Shown here: in pieces, positions 23,242-36,527 of the stretch | How positions within the stretch are numbered: position 1 is the first letter of the stretch | Layout: every line of letters begins with the position of its first letter | Assembly (NCBI GenBank): GCA_004764695.1 | Contig: SMSO01000014.1 | Span: 739,648-803,647 of the forward strand | Direction: 5' to 3' | Origin: Schizochytrium sp. TIO01 | Lineage: Eukaryota; Protista; Bigyra: Labyrinthulomycetes | DNA length: 64,000 nt | The notes under the pieces: generated by a model | What the model was told of the DNA's origin: nothing | The model's database searches: none | What the model saw: the letters and a program-made list of their open reading frames with translations, nothing else | Position numbers and translations under genes: made by a program

Positions 23242-26200
23242 GACCTAATCCTAATTGGACTCTTACGAATCAGCAAAGTCTGCCTCTCCTGTGTATGTGA
23301 TTTGCTATGGACAGAGGAAGCTTTGTCTTTTAACTCAAGGTTTTTGTAGTGATTGACAGATTCCCACAGTCGCTTTGAGATAGACTTCCTATCTTTCAAT
23401 GTTTGTAGTTTGTTGTTCACTCCTTGGAAACGGTGGATAAGGTTTAATCAAACTGTCTTGCCTTGCGCACTATGACTTCAGGAATTGAACTATTTTGTTG
23501 CAATGTTCTTGCAGGGCGATGAAAAGCGATATTTCTACGGAGTATGATGACCTTTTCGTGGTTTTTGAAGAATCTCTAATTACTTTCGAAAAGTTGTGAG
23601 CGTTGCAGCGTGTAAGTTGTCTAGATATGAATCAATTCTTAAGAAGATTCACTTTAAGTCTCGCAAATCTTCCCTAGAATAGAGTTTTAGCGTTTCAATC
23701 TGGACCGAAGAAAATAGATCTGGAACGAAGGAAATTTTAAGATATCTCGCAGTTTTTGTGGCGCCTCAAAGAACAAATAAAAGAGAGAGAAAGAAGACCA
23801 GAAATAAAGAGGCTGGGGTGATTCCGCAAAAACCTTGTTTTAAACCCTCGGTGTCCACCAGCGAGAGTGTAGAATATAAAGTAAGTTTGAATGACTTTCT
23901 GTAGCTTTCACGTGTCCACTACTGTGAAGATCACTACTCTAAAGCCAAGTCTGTCAAAATTGAGGCCTTCCAGACTGGGCACTGACTATTAAAGAGACTT
24001 TTTGGTCAACTAAAAATGAAATCAGTAATGGACAATCTCAAGCAGTAAATCCACTCACTCTCCAACTTATAAGGTGTACTGCAGCGAAAGTAAAGGTTCG
24101 CGTATTGCACCAGCAATCGAATCCTAATTTTCTGTGAAATTCAGCGAAGAGATGGGATGTGACCCGAAAACGTGATCTCGTCGATACTCTTACGAGAAAG
24201 GATATTTACTGGAGAGAAAAAATATACCTTTCCGTCAAACCACGCTTAAGAAACCCTACTTCCTAGAAAGAGATATGGCCAATCCTTACCAGCGGAAAAG
24301 CCACGGAACAATCTTGTGCCCTTTATACCCTTTACTTCGTCCCCAGTTGCTTATCTTATTCGATAGATTAACAGTCGACCTGACCACACGATCACTCTAT
24401 GTGGAGAAGGTAGCTTGCTTGAAATAATTAAATGAGTGTACGGTCTGCAAAAGGTGTTGCCCCTTCACAAATGACAGTGCAGAATTGACTTGAGATTAAT
24501 GGCCCAGACAACCTGACAGTTTTACAGCCAGCGGTAATTGCTGCTTGTGGTTTTCGCAAACACCCAAACTCAACAGATGATATATCCTCTAGCCTTTAGA
24601 CTTTGTGTCAGTGGCCTTCTCAGAGCTCAACCTCGCCCCCTTCCGAAAGATCGATTTTTCTCCGCTCTTTCGTTGCAGCGGTTTCCACACAAATCTGTGC
24701 CGTATTACAAAAGGAGATGAAAATCACCAGATCAGGAACAGAAACAACGGCACTACCAAAGAAATGATTAAAATTGGCCTAGAGCAAACGTTACGAGCAC
24801 ACAGCCGCTCTCGATGCCGCAGTAGTCGGGTTCGGGTCCTTTACAGGCGCGAGCAAGAAGTCAAATCCACGCCACCGAGGCAAAGTGCACAGCGATGAGA
24901 GAATCAGGAAACAATAAAACAAACAACAATAAAAACAAAAACAACAACAAAAATAAGAACAGTAACGACGAAGAGAACAGCAGTAGCGAGAGTGCTGCAC
25001 AAGGAGGCCAGAGCGTGCCACACCGGAGTGGTTCGCGGACAGGAGCCTAGGCTGTGCTTCTGAGACCTAGTTTATTCGTTCGTTTCCACCGTTTGATCCT
25101 CTTTTTTGTCTCCGTTCCTCCCTCTGCTTCGTTGTTTCTGCTGCAGCGGCTTCTTCTTTCCGGGCTGCCCGATGAACGGATGGCCAGGTCTTGCGGCTTC
25201 AAGCTCGCAGCTCGGGAGAGCTTTTGCGGCGGCTCCGGAGCCGTTTAGTGCTTCCACGCCCTGCGTGCCTTCCCGCTCCTTCCCTCTACGCAGAGAGTTT
25301 CCAAGGTCGCCGCCGAGGACTGCAAGGCGATGCTCAATCTTCTTTTACAACACGATTCACAACATAATGTAGGATTATGGGCTGGTCAAAGTCTGTGTAT
25401 TATTATACATAGTTTGTCTCTACTCACGACATAACCACTGCTATGCGGTTTAAATAATAACAGATAACTAACTCACGAAGTATAAAGTAAGGGCAACATC
25501 GTTATGGCTTAAAAGGAATGGGAATGGCTGCGCATCAATGCCCACAGAGCTCTGGGGAGGATGGAAGCTGCCCGGAGGCTTGCCTCCTGATTTCAGGCAG
25601 GTCTTCGATCCAGATGTCTTTGCATGGATGGGTCAGATCGCTTGTACACTCGGAGAGAGTGGGTCATTCGTTGAAAATGCATTCAATTGCTTTTCTATCG
25701 TTTCTCCCCTTTGTAACTAAAGCCTTTTATCTGTTTCTTTTCTTTTTTTTCTGGTCGAGTCATCAAATGTATAACCATCAGGTAAGATGTGTGGTGGAGT
25801 GAGGAGAGAGTCTGTTGCCACCGAGGGCCTCAAATAGCCACAGGTATGCTCAATCATGACGCATAAAATCCTTGGCTAGCTCCCAACTCTCGCGACTCTC
25901 TGGTCCGATACTTGCGATTTTCTGGCCCGCCCATTGCAACGTTTTGAAGAGAAGAAGTTGCATGTGGCTGATTGGCAGGCAAGTAGTTTTAACTGACTTG
26001 GCAGTTAGTATAAGCTATTTATAATATCACATTCTTCACATGTGATGCGTATAACTGACTTCGAAGTACCTTTGTCTCTGGAAGGCAGCCACTCTTACGA
26101 TAATGGCTAGCCAATCGACTACCTAGCACCTTCTACTGTCACTATTGTGGGCCAGCAGCGTACCTCGAGGCTTTCCAGGTCGTCTTGCAGGTGGCTAGAC

Positions 26201-26930
26201 CTTCCTCTTCACTGCTTAGCAACAAGACTCTAGCTAGAATTAAAATTCTTGATTTCAGGGATCGACATGAAAAATTAGTTGCGTTCATAAATTCGTGGAT
26301 ACCTAATACCATGCTAACTTGTAGTATAATGAACAGAAGGCGTCTGCAGAAGTGCAGAAAACTAACTAAACTGAGACTGAAGAAACCTGGCGCAGTTCCA
26401 AGGGTTCCTCCCACAAGTCAAGAGTGATTTTGTGAATTAGCTCTTGTGATTGTAATGTAAGTCCAACGTAGTGAGAGTGACACCGCTTTGATGGCTAGAA
26501 ACGGTTACTTTCTGAGAAATGAGAGAAGAAGAAGGGGTTAGGGCTTACAAAGGTGTGAGCAAATTCGAGAATGGTAAAGCAACAAAAACATCAATAGCAA
26601 GAACTAGGCGTTGTCAATGTAATTATGAACAAGAGAAGAAAATAGGGATGCAATAAAAACTGGAAAACATGGATATTATCTTATATCTTAATTGCAATTT
26701 TGAACAATCTTTACTATCAGAAAACAGCAACGGAAAAAACAAATGTTGCGGTTTGATTGTCATGGCAAATTGTGCATGCGGCCAGGAGGTTCTAGCATAG
26801 ACGAACTTAATTACTAACAGGGAGTTCGCGTGGTAAACTTGCACATTTTATAAATGAATAGAACAGCCACACACGTTCAGAGGCGACAGAGGACACATAA
26901 GGTGCCCTCAGATCATTTCAAGCTTAGAAT

Positions 26931-29261
26931 CTAGCAGCAACGCACTGCCCCGTTTCCGGAGTACTTACGGCAGCGCGTTGAATTGGTGGCATAGCGAGCC
27001 TGGTAGAATTTGTTTTTACCACATGAGTCGCTAGTCCACACGAACTGGTTGTCGAATTTGCAACCATTGTTCGTAATTCCAAGAATTGCTTCATCAGAAG
27101 TACAGAGTCGAAGTCCAAGCTCATCGCAGATATCTTCGGCATTTGTCTTGTCTGTCTCTGGGCATGAGTCTGGGGAAATGACTTCAACATCAGCAATAGA
27201 ATCGATTTCATCAACGTCGTAGCAGGCCTCCTTTTTACTCTGAGAGGGAAGGTAGGCCCAGCTACAAGCATCATTGGTGAGACACAAAGCTTCATCGAGC
27301 AGAGAGCAGGGAATATCTCCATCCGAGACATCATAGCAGCCATTGCTGCTAGTATCCCAAAGACAGTTGCTTTGCTTCTTACATTTGTTCTTCTTTTTGA
27401 GCGAAGAGCACGAGACTGTAGGCTTTGCAGTAGGCATCGGGGTTGGCGCCTTAGTAGGCTGCGGGGTTGGCAAAGTCGGAGATTTCGTGGTCGGATACGG
27501 CGTAGGCGCTGAAGTGCCGCCAAGACTGAGAGATCCAAGAGTAGCAGTAACCTCATAAGAGGAGTACTTGATCATGTTCTTAAAAGTTTGGCCGTCATCG
27601 TAGCTGATCATCACCGAAAGAATGCCCACGTTCTCGTTGCCGTAATAAGTTGGGCTGAAGATTTCTTCATCCGGGTCTACCAGGCTAATCATCACAGCAA
27701 CCGCGCCTTGGTCCTCAGCAACCTTGACCTTATCAAAGAAGAGGCAATCACCACGAGGTACAAGAACGACTTTGCCAGTGAAGTCGTCGTCGGTGGCATC
27801 GCAGAGGGTATCGGTGACCGCGACAAGTGGGCCTTGATAAAGAACAGTGTTGGAGAAATCAGCACCAAAGTTAGACTGAGCAAAGTCGATACAGGTCGAG
27901 TCTGAACCATCCCAAGCGCAGACAGTATCCGGGGCCAGGGTGGGAGGCATTGTAGGAGAAGCTGTCGGGGGAGTAGGCGGTCCGGTATAAAGAGGCACCT
28001 GAAGGAGTACATTTGGCGAATCCTCATCAATGCTGGAAAGCTTGTCAGCCACCATAAGACTAATGAGTTCGCTCTGGGCGCTGTCGCGATCCATACTATG
28101 CTTCTCCAGAAGGATCGCAGCAACACCAGCAACATGCGGTGTAGCCATTGAAGTTCCGCTCATAGTTGCAGTGGCGGTCTTGGAACCCTTGTAAGTTGAT
28201 GTGATGCTAGAACCAGGAGCAAAAATATCAACGCAGGAGCCGTAATTGGAGTACCCTGCAACAGAATCGGTTTTTGTTGTTGCACCAACCGTAAAGACGC
28301 CACCACTGCGAGCTTTACCACCAGCGCTGGCCGGGGAGGTCTTACATGCGTCCTGAGCCTCGTTTCCAGCTGCCACAACAACAATCATTCCTGCTTCGAC
28401 GGCTTCTTTCACAACATTGTTCATTGCACTACTCTTGCCACCACCAAGGGATAATGATAGCACTGCAGGCTCGCCATTGTAGTTATCAATTTGATTCTGG
28501 ACGGCCCATGCAACTCCTGAAATTACATTAGAGGTGGAACCAGAGCCGCTGGAAAGAAGCACCTTAACGCCCATGATATTGGCCTCGCTGGCGATACCGT
28601 AGCTTCCTCCAGCAGCTGTGCCTGAGCAATGGGTACCATGGCCATTTCCGTCGGAAATGCCGGTGCCATCTTCTGATGTAAAATCTTTAGCAAGGGAGGC
28701 CCGGCCACCAAAATCGTTATGCGCGTAGTTGATGCCAGTGTCGATGACATAAATGTTGACGCCTTTACCAGTGTATGCGCGCTGGAAAGTAGACTTACTC
28801 AACGGAAGAGATTCCTGGTCGATACGATCAAGACCCCATGAATTCGGTGCGCCGTCAGTGGTAACCTCGTTATCTGTTTCAACCTTGACGCCAGACATAT
28901 TTCTGACAAATTCAACGAGCTCCTCATCTGGAGCATCAAAAAGCACGTTGCAGGTGGTTGTCACCTTGGCAGTTGAAACGCCCATCTCTCCATCATCTTC
29001 CTCGGTCGAACGACCATAGGTATTGGTTTCGTTTTCTCTTTTCCAGTCTTGAATCATCTTTTTGACGGTATTACATGCGACGCCATCCTGATCATCATCC
29101 TCGACAATCGCAATCCATTTATCCTCAACTTGAAGTCCGCGACGAGACTTGATAAGTGCTCGACGGGCGAGAGTATGAGCATCTGCATCGCGAACAAGAA
29201 CACCAGATGTACTTGTAGCGAGTGTGGCAACTAGGCCAAGTAGATACACGAGTTTGACCAT
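26931..29261 (-). CDS. Secreted subtilisin (S8, proteinase K-like) with propeptide, C-terminal PA domain, Pro/Thr linker and Cys-rich tail
   Basis: Signal peptide; WGLDRIDQ; catalytic triad YVIDTG / DGNGHGTH / SGTSMATPHVAG; oxyanion AAGN; PA motif GKVVLVPRGDCLFFDKVKVAEDQGAVAV. Confidence 0.96.
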   Translation of the reverse strand: MVKLVYLLGLVATLATSTSGVLVRDADAHTLARRALIKSRRGLQVEDKWIAIVEDDDQDGVACNTVKKMIQDWKRENETNTYGRSTEEDDGEMGVSTAKVTTTCNVLFDAPDEELVEFVRNMSGVKVETDNEVTTDGAPNSWGLDRIDQESLPLSKSTFQRAYTGKGVNIYVIDTGINYAHNDFGGRASLAKDFTSEDGTGISDGNGHGTHCSGTAAGGSYGIASEANIMGVKVLLSSGSGSTSNVISGVAWAVQNQIDNYNGEPAVLSLSLGGGKSSAMNNVVKEAVEAGMIVVVAAGNEAQDACKTSPASAGGKARSGGVFTVGATTKTDSVAGYSNYGSCVDIFAPGSSITSTYKGSKTATATMSGTSMATPHVAGVAAILLEKHSMDRDSAQSELISLMVADKLSSIDEDSPNVLLQVPLYTGPPTPPTASPTMPPTLAPDTVCAWDGSDSTCIDFAQSNFGADFSNTVLYQGPLVAVTDTLCDATDDDFTGKVVLVPRGDCLFFDKVKVAEDQGAVAVMISLVDPDEEIFSPTYYGNENVGILSVMISYDDGQTFKNMIKYSSYEVTATLGSLSLGGTSAPTPYPTTKSPTLPTPQPTKAPTPMPTAKPTVSCSSLKKKNKCKKQSNCLWDTSSNGCYDVSDGDIPCSLLDEALCLTNDACSWAYLPSQSKKEACYDVDEIDSIADVEVISPDSCPETDKTNAEDICDELGLRLCTSDEAILGITNNGCKFDNQFVWTSDSCGKNKFYQARYATNSTRCRKYSGNGAVRCC

Positions 29262-32200
29262 GATGCTTCTCTATGGCGTATGGAATATGGATATACAACT
29301 CGTACAACAAACTTGCAAAGAGTCTATATTGATTAGGATCTGTGTGATCTCTTTAGAGATATTTTGGGTTTGCTGTTAAAAGTTTTGATGTTTTGCAGGA
29401 TTCGGTTGTCCCGGGAGAAACGATAGGCAAATTGCTTGCCTCTTTCAGTGTTCCAAGAACTCAATTCGGTGGGTAGGGATAATGCAACTTAGCTTTGGTT
29501 GGTAGAAGCTCCTACCAATAAAAGCTAATTTGTAAGTCTAACTTCGCGTTGCTTGCCTTAAACTCGTTGAGTTTGTGGTTTGCTCCCGCTTCTGCGTTTG
29601 GGATCTGCTGTTTTCAATAACTTGGCCATTTTGATTTTTTGATCTTTTTCTTGGATGGTAGGTTGATGTACATCCTATTCCTTCGAATTATATTATCTGA
29701 CTGAAAATAGAGTGCTGTCCCCTCCAACTATGCCTATAGATAAATTCAAAGCATTCGGGAACGGGTGTGTCTCCCAGAAGCATCGAGACATCTCCCGCGC
29801 TCTTTTTTTTTTTTTTTTTTTTTTTCTTTCTCAAATTGTCCTCTTACAAGGTTAGCATTTTAATTAAAAACTTCTTTAATAGAATTTATAAATCGGACGA
29901 TGTGTATGGACAAAGGTGTGTAATAAATGGAAAGGTCTTGTGATTAACAATAGAAGCATATTCCTTCAGTCGCTTCTCATGCTGCTGCAGGTTCTGCAAA
30001 CCTATACGCACCTTTTCAGATCAATCATCACCAGAGGAACATATGGATGTTTCTTTCACTCTTCGTTTTGTTTTCCTCCAAACACATCGATACTTTTTTT
30101 AAGTACTCACTTTTGAAGAACAATTAAAATGGTGCGCCCGCGCTCAACCGTCTTTCCTAAGAAAGGAGCTAAGTATTGAGGTACATAGGCTGGCTCCTCT
30201 TGCGCTACGTGCGTCAGTCTATCAATCAACGTAGACCTACCCATATGAAGCAATACTACTATCGTAAATAAATTTAAAGATATACTGTTTTCTAACTTCC
30301 ATCTTTAAAAACTACTCTCCACGCTCAGTACGCTTCTTCACAGATTGCATTGCAATTGTCATGGCCTCTCCATCATTCATCATACGATTGATTTGCTTAC
30401 CTCAATGACGGCCGCCACATCGCTCGCGAACCTTTCAATGTGGAGCACCACTTCGACCGCCTGCTGCGAATATGATCCGACCTTTCTAAAAGACACATAG
30501 ATTTATCAACAGTTACAGGTGTCCGGTAATGTATCGCTCTGTTGTCATCGCCCGCCTCCGCTTAGCTCGGAGAACCATAGAGTTCATTAAGTTGGCAGCG
30601 GACGACTTGAACAAAATAAAAACGTGAGTGCAGACGTCCATACCCTTATCCTGGAACAGAGATAGATGATCTTATAACATGTGCCAGCAAAAGTTGTCAT
30701 ACAAACTGATTAGGTACACAAATCGTTTTCTGTAAAAATAGAACAATTAAAAAAATATAAAAATGAAATAAAATGGAAATTTAAAAAACGAAACACTCTA
30801 GCAACACAAACGCATTTCTGTCTCGCTTCTTTAGACGTGCTTGCAGATTACTTTGAGATACACTATACCCTTTATTTTGGCTACCACCTTGCTATCTTGC
30901 AAGATTTATATGCTTCATCTGTGGCTGGTTATTTATTTGTGCATTTAGGGTCCGCGCCCGCGGCGTATGTTTCCAAGAGCGCGGGCAAGCTCGCTTTTTC
31001 TTTGTTTCTTCGCAAGTAAAGTGAGCCCGGTGTGCGGTTTCTTTTCAAGAACGAGAGGATGAAAGGCAAATTGCAGCGGCTTGCAGCTCGTAGCCCGCAT
31101 GGCTCGCACCAACTATCGTGGCAGAGCTCCATTTTCATGCAAAACTTAATACGGTGCACACCTTCATGAGTTTGATTTTGAGCCTTTGATAAGAGATCCG
31201 GCTGACAACGCCTTCAGTCGGACGCCACATCATGACACTGTAGTATTTTATCTAAGTTTATCCCTATTGATAATTGTCTCCCTTTTTTTCTTTTTTTGGT
31301 TCCTGTCTCCTTCTCCTTCAAGCATGATATAATTTATTTGTTTGTTTTGTTTTAAATTAACTTTTAATTTTAAAGTACAATAGCAATAATAGCAATAGGA
31401 AGAAGAAGAATAATAATAAGAATAATAAATTCTATTTCCAACATTCTCGACTGAAAGACCTCAAAAACACACCTCAGACCATGTTTTTGCAGTGTTCTGC
31501 CGAAATTAAAAAAAAAAATGGGAAACTAGTTATAATGATCAATATCGAGCTTTAAACCTACGTGGTTTTAAACGTGGGGATCCATTGCACTAAACAACGG
31601 CGACCCGGTCACTGGCATGCCGCTGATCGTGTCCATATTTATTCATGTTGAAATCGAGTGCATTTGTTTCTGAAGCTACTTGAGATCGCATGCATCAAAG
31701 AAGGAACAGAAAAGCTAATGAGTCAAGCCAGCATCGTCATCTCATGGCAACTCATAGCGTACAACACGCAACAAAAACCGAACTAAGCCTGATGGTTAGT
31801 GGCCCTGAGAGAGATAGCCAATGTATTACATGTGTCTGTCCAGCCTCTGCTTAGCAGCGCGGAGGTCATGCGAATTAGTAAAAGTGCAGGATGTATGGAC
31901 GCTAAAGCGAGCCCCGCAATTGGGGACCGACCGCTTCACTAACTGTCCGCGGCACGAAACCAGGCAGCTGTAAGGCTTTCTACCATATGAATAACCAAAT
32001 TGCTCTACTTTGATCTTTAGCCCTCCTGGTCCTGTTGACATTTCTCGCCTGAATTGTCTAGTTGTAACGGATATTTCTTTAAAACGCCACAGGTTGAGCC
32101 TACCACCATACAGCATGCTGGCACCAAAGACCATCCATGGAACAAAATCCAGGTGAAAATAGCACGTGCAGGTTGCATTGAAGCATCCTCCTCCTTATTA

Positions 32201-35200
32201 CTTCCCTCCGCGGCAGGCCCTCCTGACGCGTTCGAAGAAGCTTATACTTGGCCTGTGGTTCTAAGATCCCTGATGCGCAGCATTCTTTTACTCTATTACC
32301 TTTCGAAGAAATATCTTTTCCCGACAGGATTTATATATAAATTCTTTTTAATTTAAAATATAGGACTATATATTTTTATTTTTAAAACTTCAACAAGTTC
32401 TTTACAATCAATGTCTTTTCTTGGTCATTTGCTACCACATTTTGAAGTTGAGACTGGTGACCCTTTTGCTCTTCACGAGCAGGCCCGTGGCAAGGTACTT
32501 GTGTATAGACCCTCTGCAGGGCTTGTGGCGGTGAAACAAGGGCGTGCATTCTCACGAGGCTGCTCCGAAGCGTCCGTCGGAACTGTTCCCCTTCTAGCTG
32601 GCCTTGGAATGTAATATTTGTAATTCCAGAGCTCTTGAAATCGAGCAAAATCCTGAGCACAACGTATTCAAAAAACGCATTCTGAGAATCTAGAATGATA
32701 ACGAAACAATCGAATGTTCTTCGGTGATTCAGTTTATGTCATCGATGTAAACAACTTTGCCGCTGACCAAGAATTTTTTTTGTGTTGAAGTTGCTCTTTT
32801 GAGCATACTTACGGTCCTGCAGTTTCCCTGAATTGAGACGTGCCGGGATGCACCAAACATCAGAAGCTCTGCCACAAATAATACGAAACGGAGCTATGAA
32901 TGCACTGAAGTAGCATGTGTCTCTGAGTACGATTTTAACCACCAAGGGAAAATCAAATGATCCCCAGTAACAAGATATTTCTGGATCTACCGTATGCAAG
33001 CCTCTTCGTGTATAAAAAGCACGAACATGGCACCCTGCAGGAGAGACCAATTGAAGCGGTGCTTGCTCGCATGGCCTCGCACGTATGCAACATCTGGCAT
33101 TCTCCAGCCTCCCTAGTCCGCGCGCAGCTAATGTGATTTTTAAGAGGTGGTTCGTTAATAATTAAATTTTACCTTTTACCTTTTTACTTTTTTGCTTCCT
33201 TAGCCTATGTTATATCCATAAAGCAATGCGTCGCTCAGGATGAAGCGACAATTCTGACTGACCAAGGTGTTCTGTCAATTGAATAGAAATAAACCAAAGA
33301 GAAACTAAAGAGCTAGTTCGACCAGTCGATCAATACTCTGCCCACCCAACACCAAATGGTACACAAATCTCATCTTTTTTTTTTCTTTTTTTTTCCCTTT
33401 CCTCCTCAACTTTTTTATTCTAATTTTATATATACATATATATTGATGTTGATATTAAAACTTAATTTTTGAAATAGAAATAATGTCCACCCTTCAGCAC
33501 TAAAGAACAGCTTCCTAAGTTCGCCAGGTAAGCACTCCCCAAGTGCCATCGAAAGTCCTCAAGCTTTCTGCATGGATATAAATATCTGGTTTACACTCTC
33601 GCCGCCACTTCAATATCAGATTTCGCATCCGATACTATCAAAGTTGTTTTACTCTTTTGCGCGAATAAGCGAATAAACATAATAAAAGTCGTTCTACTTT
33701 GAAGGAGGAGTGCACACTTCAGAAGGTGCTCCGGGTGTCGATCAAATAATCGGTCTAAAAAACTAGTCACCATGAGCATTGCATTTTGGTATCGAAATAC
33801 CTAATTGTTTACGGTATGCCAGAACAGTCTTGCCGCGGGGTAAAAAGAGCAACTTTCAAGCAACTTATGGAGGTAAGCCCAGCTCTACAGCGAGCTTGAG
33901 TGTGACGAGAAACTGATAAATAGCGACCCAAGTAAATCTACACAAGCAATCACCCAGATTTGCCCTACTCCACGTCCAAAGAGTATGTAGCAGCGCGGAT
34001 TTGTCTGCTTGGAGGATGAAAGGCACTGACTGATTTGGGAGATAAATTCAGTTTATAACAGGCTCGCCTGTACTATAGCCACGAAAAGGAAGACGCGGAT
34101 ACTCGGGGCACTTCATGCGATGCATGGTGATTAAACTTGAATTGTTAGTTACATCGAATAATCAACTCGATATGAAATGTCCCCGCTGAAGTAAGGTATA
34201 TTCAATAGGAGTTTATATACATTTTTGAGATTTTAGAACAAAGTAGCAGTTTCGGGTCGATCAAATGTGCCCCATCCCTCCACTGGGAGCAGGCATTCTG
34301 AGTTTTCCTAGTCTCCTAGACTCTAATGGCAAAGGTAAGATCAACTTGCTACAATTATGATACCCATATGCTTCAAAAAAACTCCACATGCACTTATGAT
34401 CGAACAATTAGGGTATTTGCCCAAGTTCTCAAGCATCCACAACTCTCGCTACTACCAGAAGACCAACCTTCACCACTAAGGGAAATTCTATACTATTGAA
34501 TAGTCATAAGAAGGTCATCACAGTCTCAAAATGTACAGGGCCAAAGAAATTCGGCCAAAGTGAGAGTTCTAAAGGGAGGACTTGGCGACCGGGATATTTG
34601 GATGGACCCGAAGCCGGTCTGAGGTGCAGCATGTGGCCCTGCACAGTGATCATCGCGCTGGTTTTAATAAATCAAGCAATCTGACCTAATTATTACTTCG
34701 AATATCAGATGGTTCAACGATGATTGAATGATGGCAATTCATTACAATTTTTGAAGATGCATCTATTCGAAACGGGCAACAAAACCCACACACTCATCAT
34801 TATATTTATCTCTTTAGTTTGGCAACTCGCCAGCGAGAAGTAGGTTTCTTCGGAGCTTGTTGAAGTTTGTGTTGTTAACATATAAATTTGACGAGAAAGA
34901 TTGTCCTATGCAAACGGTCACAATATTTTCACAAACATCGCAACTACAAATAATCAAATTCCATATTTATGTTTTTGAATATCAATCCAACTTTATCTAC
35001 TCAACATTGTGGTTAATATTCGTATAGCGTCATTGGTATTCTTATGAAAGCAAAAGTTGACGGTTGAACTATCCAACCTTAATTTTAAAATAAAAATTCT
35101 TCCTACAAAAGGTTCCTTCGAATGGTTTCCAGAAGAATCAGCAATGCCTGCGATAATTCAGGGTTTCACTTGTAGATCCAACTTAGGCTTCTGCTGGGTT

Positions 35201-36435
35201 TGTCTTTTTAAATCTTTGAGAACTCCGTTCGCAATAGTCAAGAGTAGGAACTGAAACAAAATGCCATCAATGTCCATCCAAAGCTAACATTTTGCAACAT
35301 AAATCTCTGAATGGCGTCAAGAAGTTGCGTTAGACGAAATCTCAAGAAACGATCATACTCAGCTAGATTGACTTTCATATCGGCCATATCATAACCCTAT
35401 TCAGAAATTTTTGTTTGTACTTTTCTTAAAGGGTGTCAAATGACTTACTTTTATGGTTCGAATCGGATCGAGTGCGAAGATTTTGTATTGTGTATCAGCG
35501 CAATTTTAAACTGGATTCTCAGCGGCCTCTTTCACTCTCAAATCTATAGCCTCAATCTCACAAACTTCACCTCTCCTTGGGGCGGACTGGTCAAATTCAA
35601 TTTAATACCTCATTTTTCTTCTCCTAGTTTTCTGACCTTGCATAAATTTTCCGCAAATTTTTGCGTTTATCAAGTCAGAAGAGTGTAGAGGAATCTTTCA
35701 GTCTAAACTTTGCCAGATCGTGCATTTGGAGACTTGCAGAACTAGTAGTAGCTGAAATAGCAAACAATCAAGGAAGTACGTCCTTGTTTCTATATTTTCA
35801 CGATAGTAATTCCTAACTCCCTTAATCTCGCACGCGGAAGACCCTATATGCCTGTCTCAGTGTCCATATCAGCGCTCATATAAATCAGTTGTAAATTCAT
35901 CATCCAAATTGACCGTCCTCATATGGTTCAGCCTCAAAGCGAATAGAGTCCGACTACTTACTAATTACCAAATTGATAGAGGATACCAAAAGTAGAAAGA
36001 GTATATCTCAGCATGTACAAGAGGCCAAGTGAAACCTATCTTTCGGAGCCAAGGGCTCCATTCACCGCAAACACTTCTGAGACTCGCAAGGAGGTCATGG
36101 TTGCAGTGAATCCGCATCATACTCTTTCTTAGGTTCCAATGTGCGCAATATAGCAACAGTAACTGTCGTTCGTGTGCTTGACAAACTAGACTTCTACAAT
36201 TGATTGCTACATAAACTACAACAACCTCCCCAAATCTACCTCAAGTTCTTATCAACGTACCTGCTTGCCCACCTGCAGCAGTATTGCACGGGTTCGGATA
36301 GCTGTATCTCCGCTTCTGCGCTTCCAGAGGACAACCAAGAAGCAAAGCAACGAATCACTAGAATCACTCACTAGCTTACCATGCTTACCATAGGTTTATA
36401 TATCTTTGATTCATACCATTTATCATCAGTCAGTT

Positions 36436-36508
36436 GCTTCGATAACTCAGTTGGTAGAGTGGTAGGTTTACACCCTGCAAGTCTTGGGATCGACGCCCGA
36501 TCGAAGTA
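36436..36508 (+). tRNA. tRNA-Val (anticodon TAC)
   Basis: Cloverleaf: acceptor GCTTCGA/TCGAAGT, D arm ACTC-AGTTGGTA-GAGT, anticodon arm GTAGG-TTTACAC-CCTGC, T arm TTGGG-ATCGACG-CCCGA, discriminator A; no encoded CCA. Confidence 0.92.
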
Positions 36509-36516
36509 ATAGAGGA

Positions 36517-36527
36517 TTTCTTTTTTT
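36517..36527 (+). terminator. Probable RNA polymerase III terminator (T-run) of tRNA-Val
   Basis: tttcttttttt begins about 9 nt after the tRNA 3' end. Confidence 0.6.

Noticed and set aside
25538-25720. 60-aa protein-like ORF (PTELWGGWKLPGGLPPDFRQVFDPDVFAWMGQ)
   Set aside because: Too short, with no recognisable family; cannot be supported without a search
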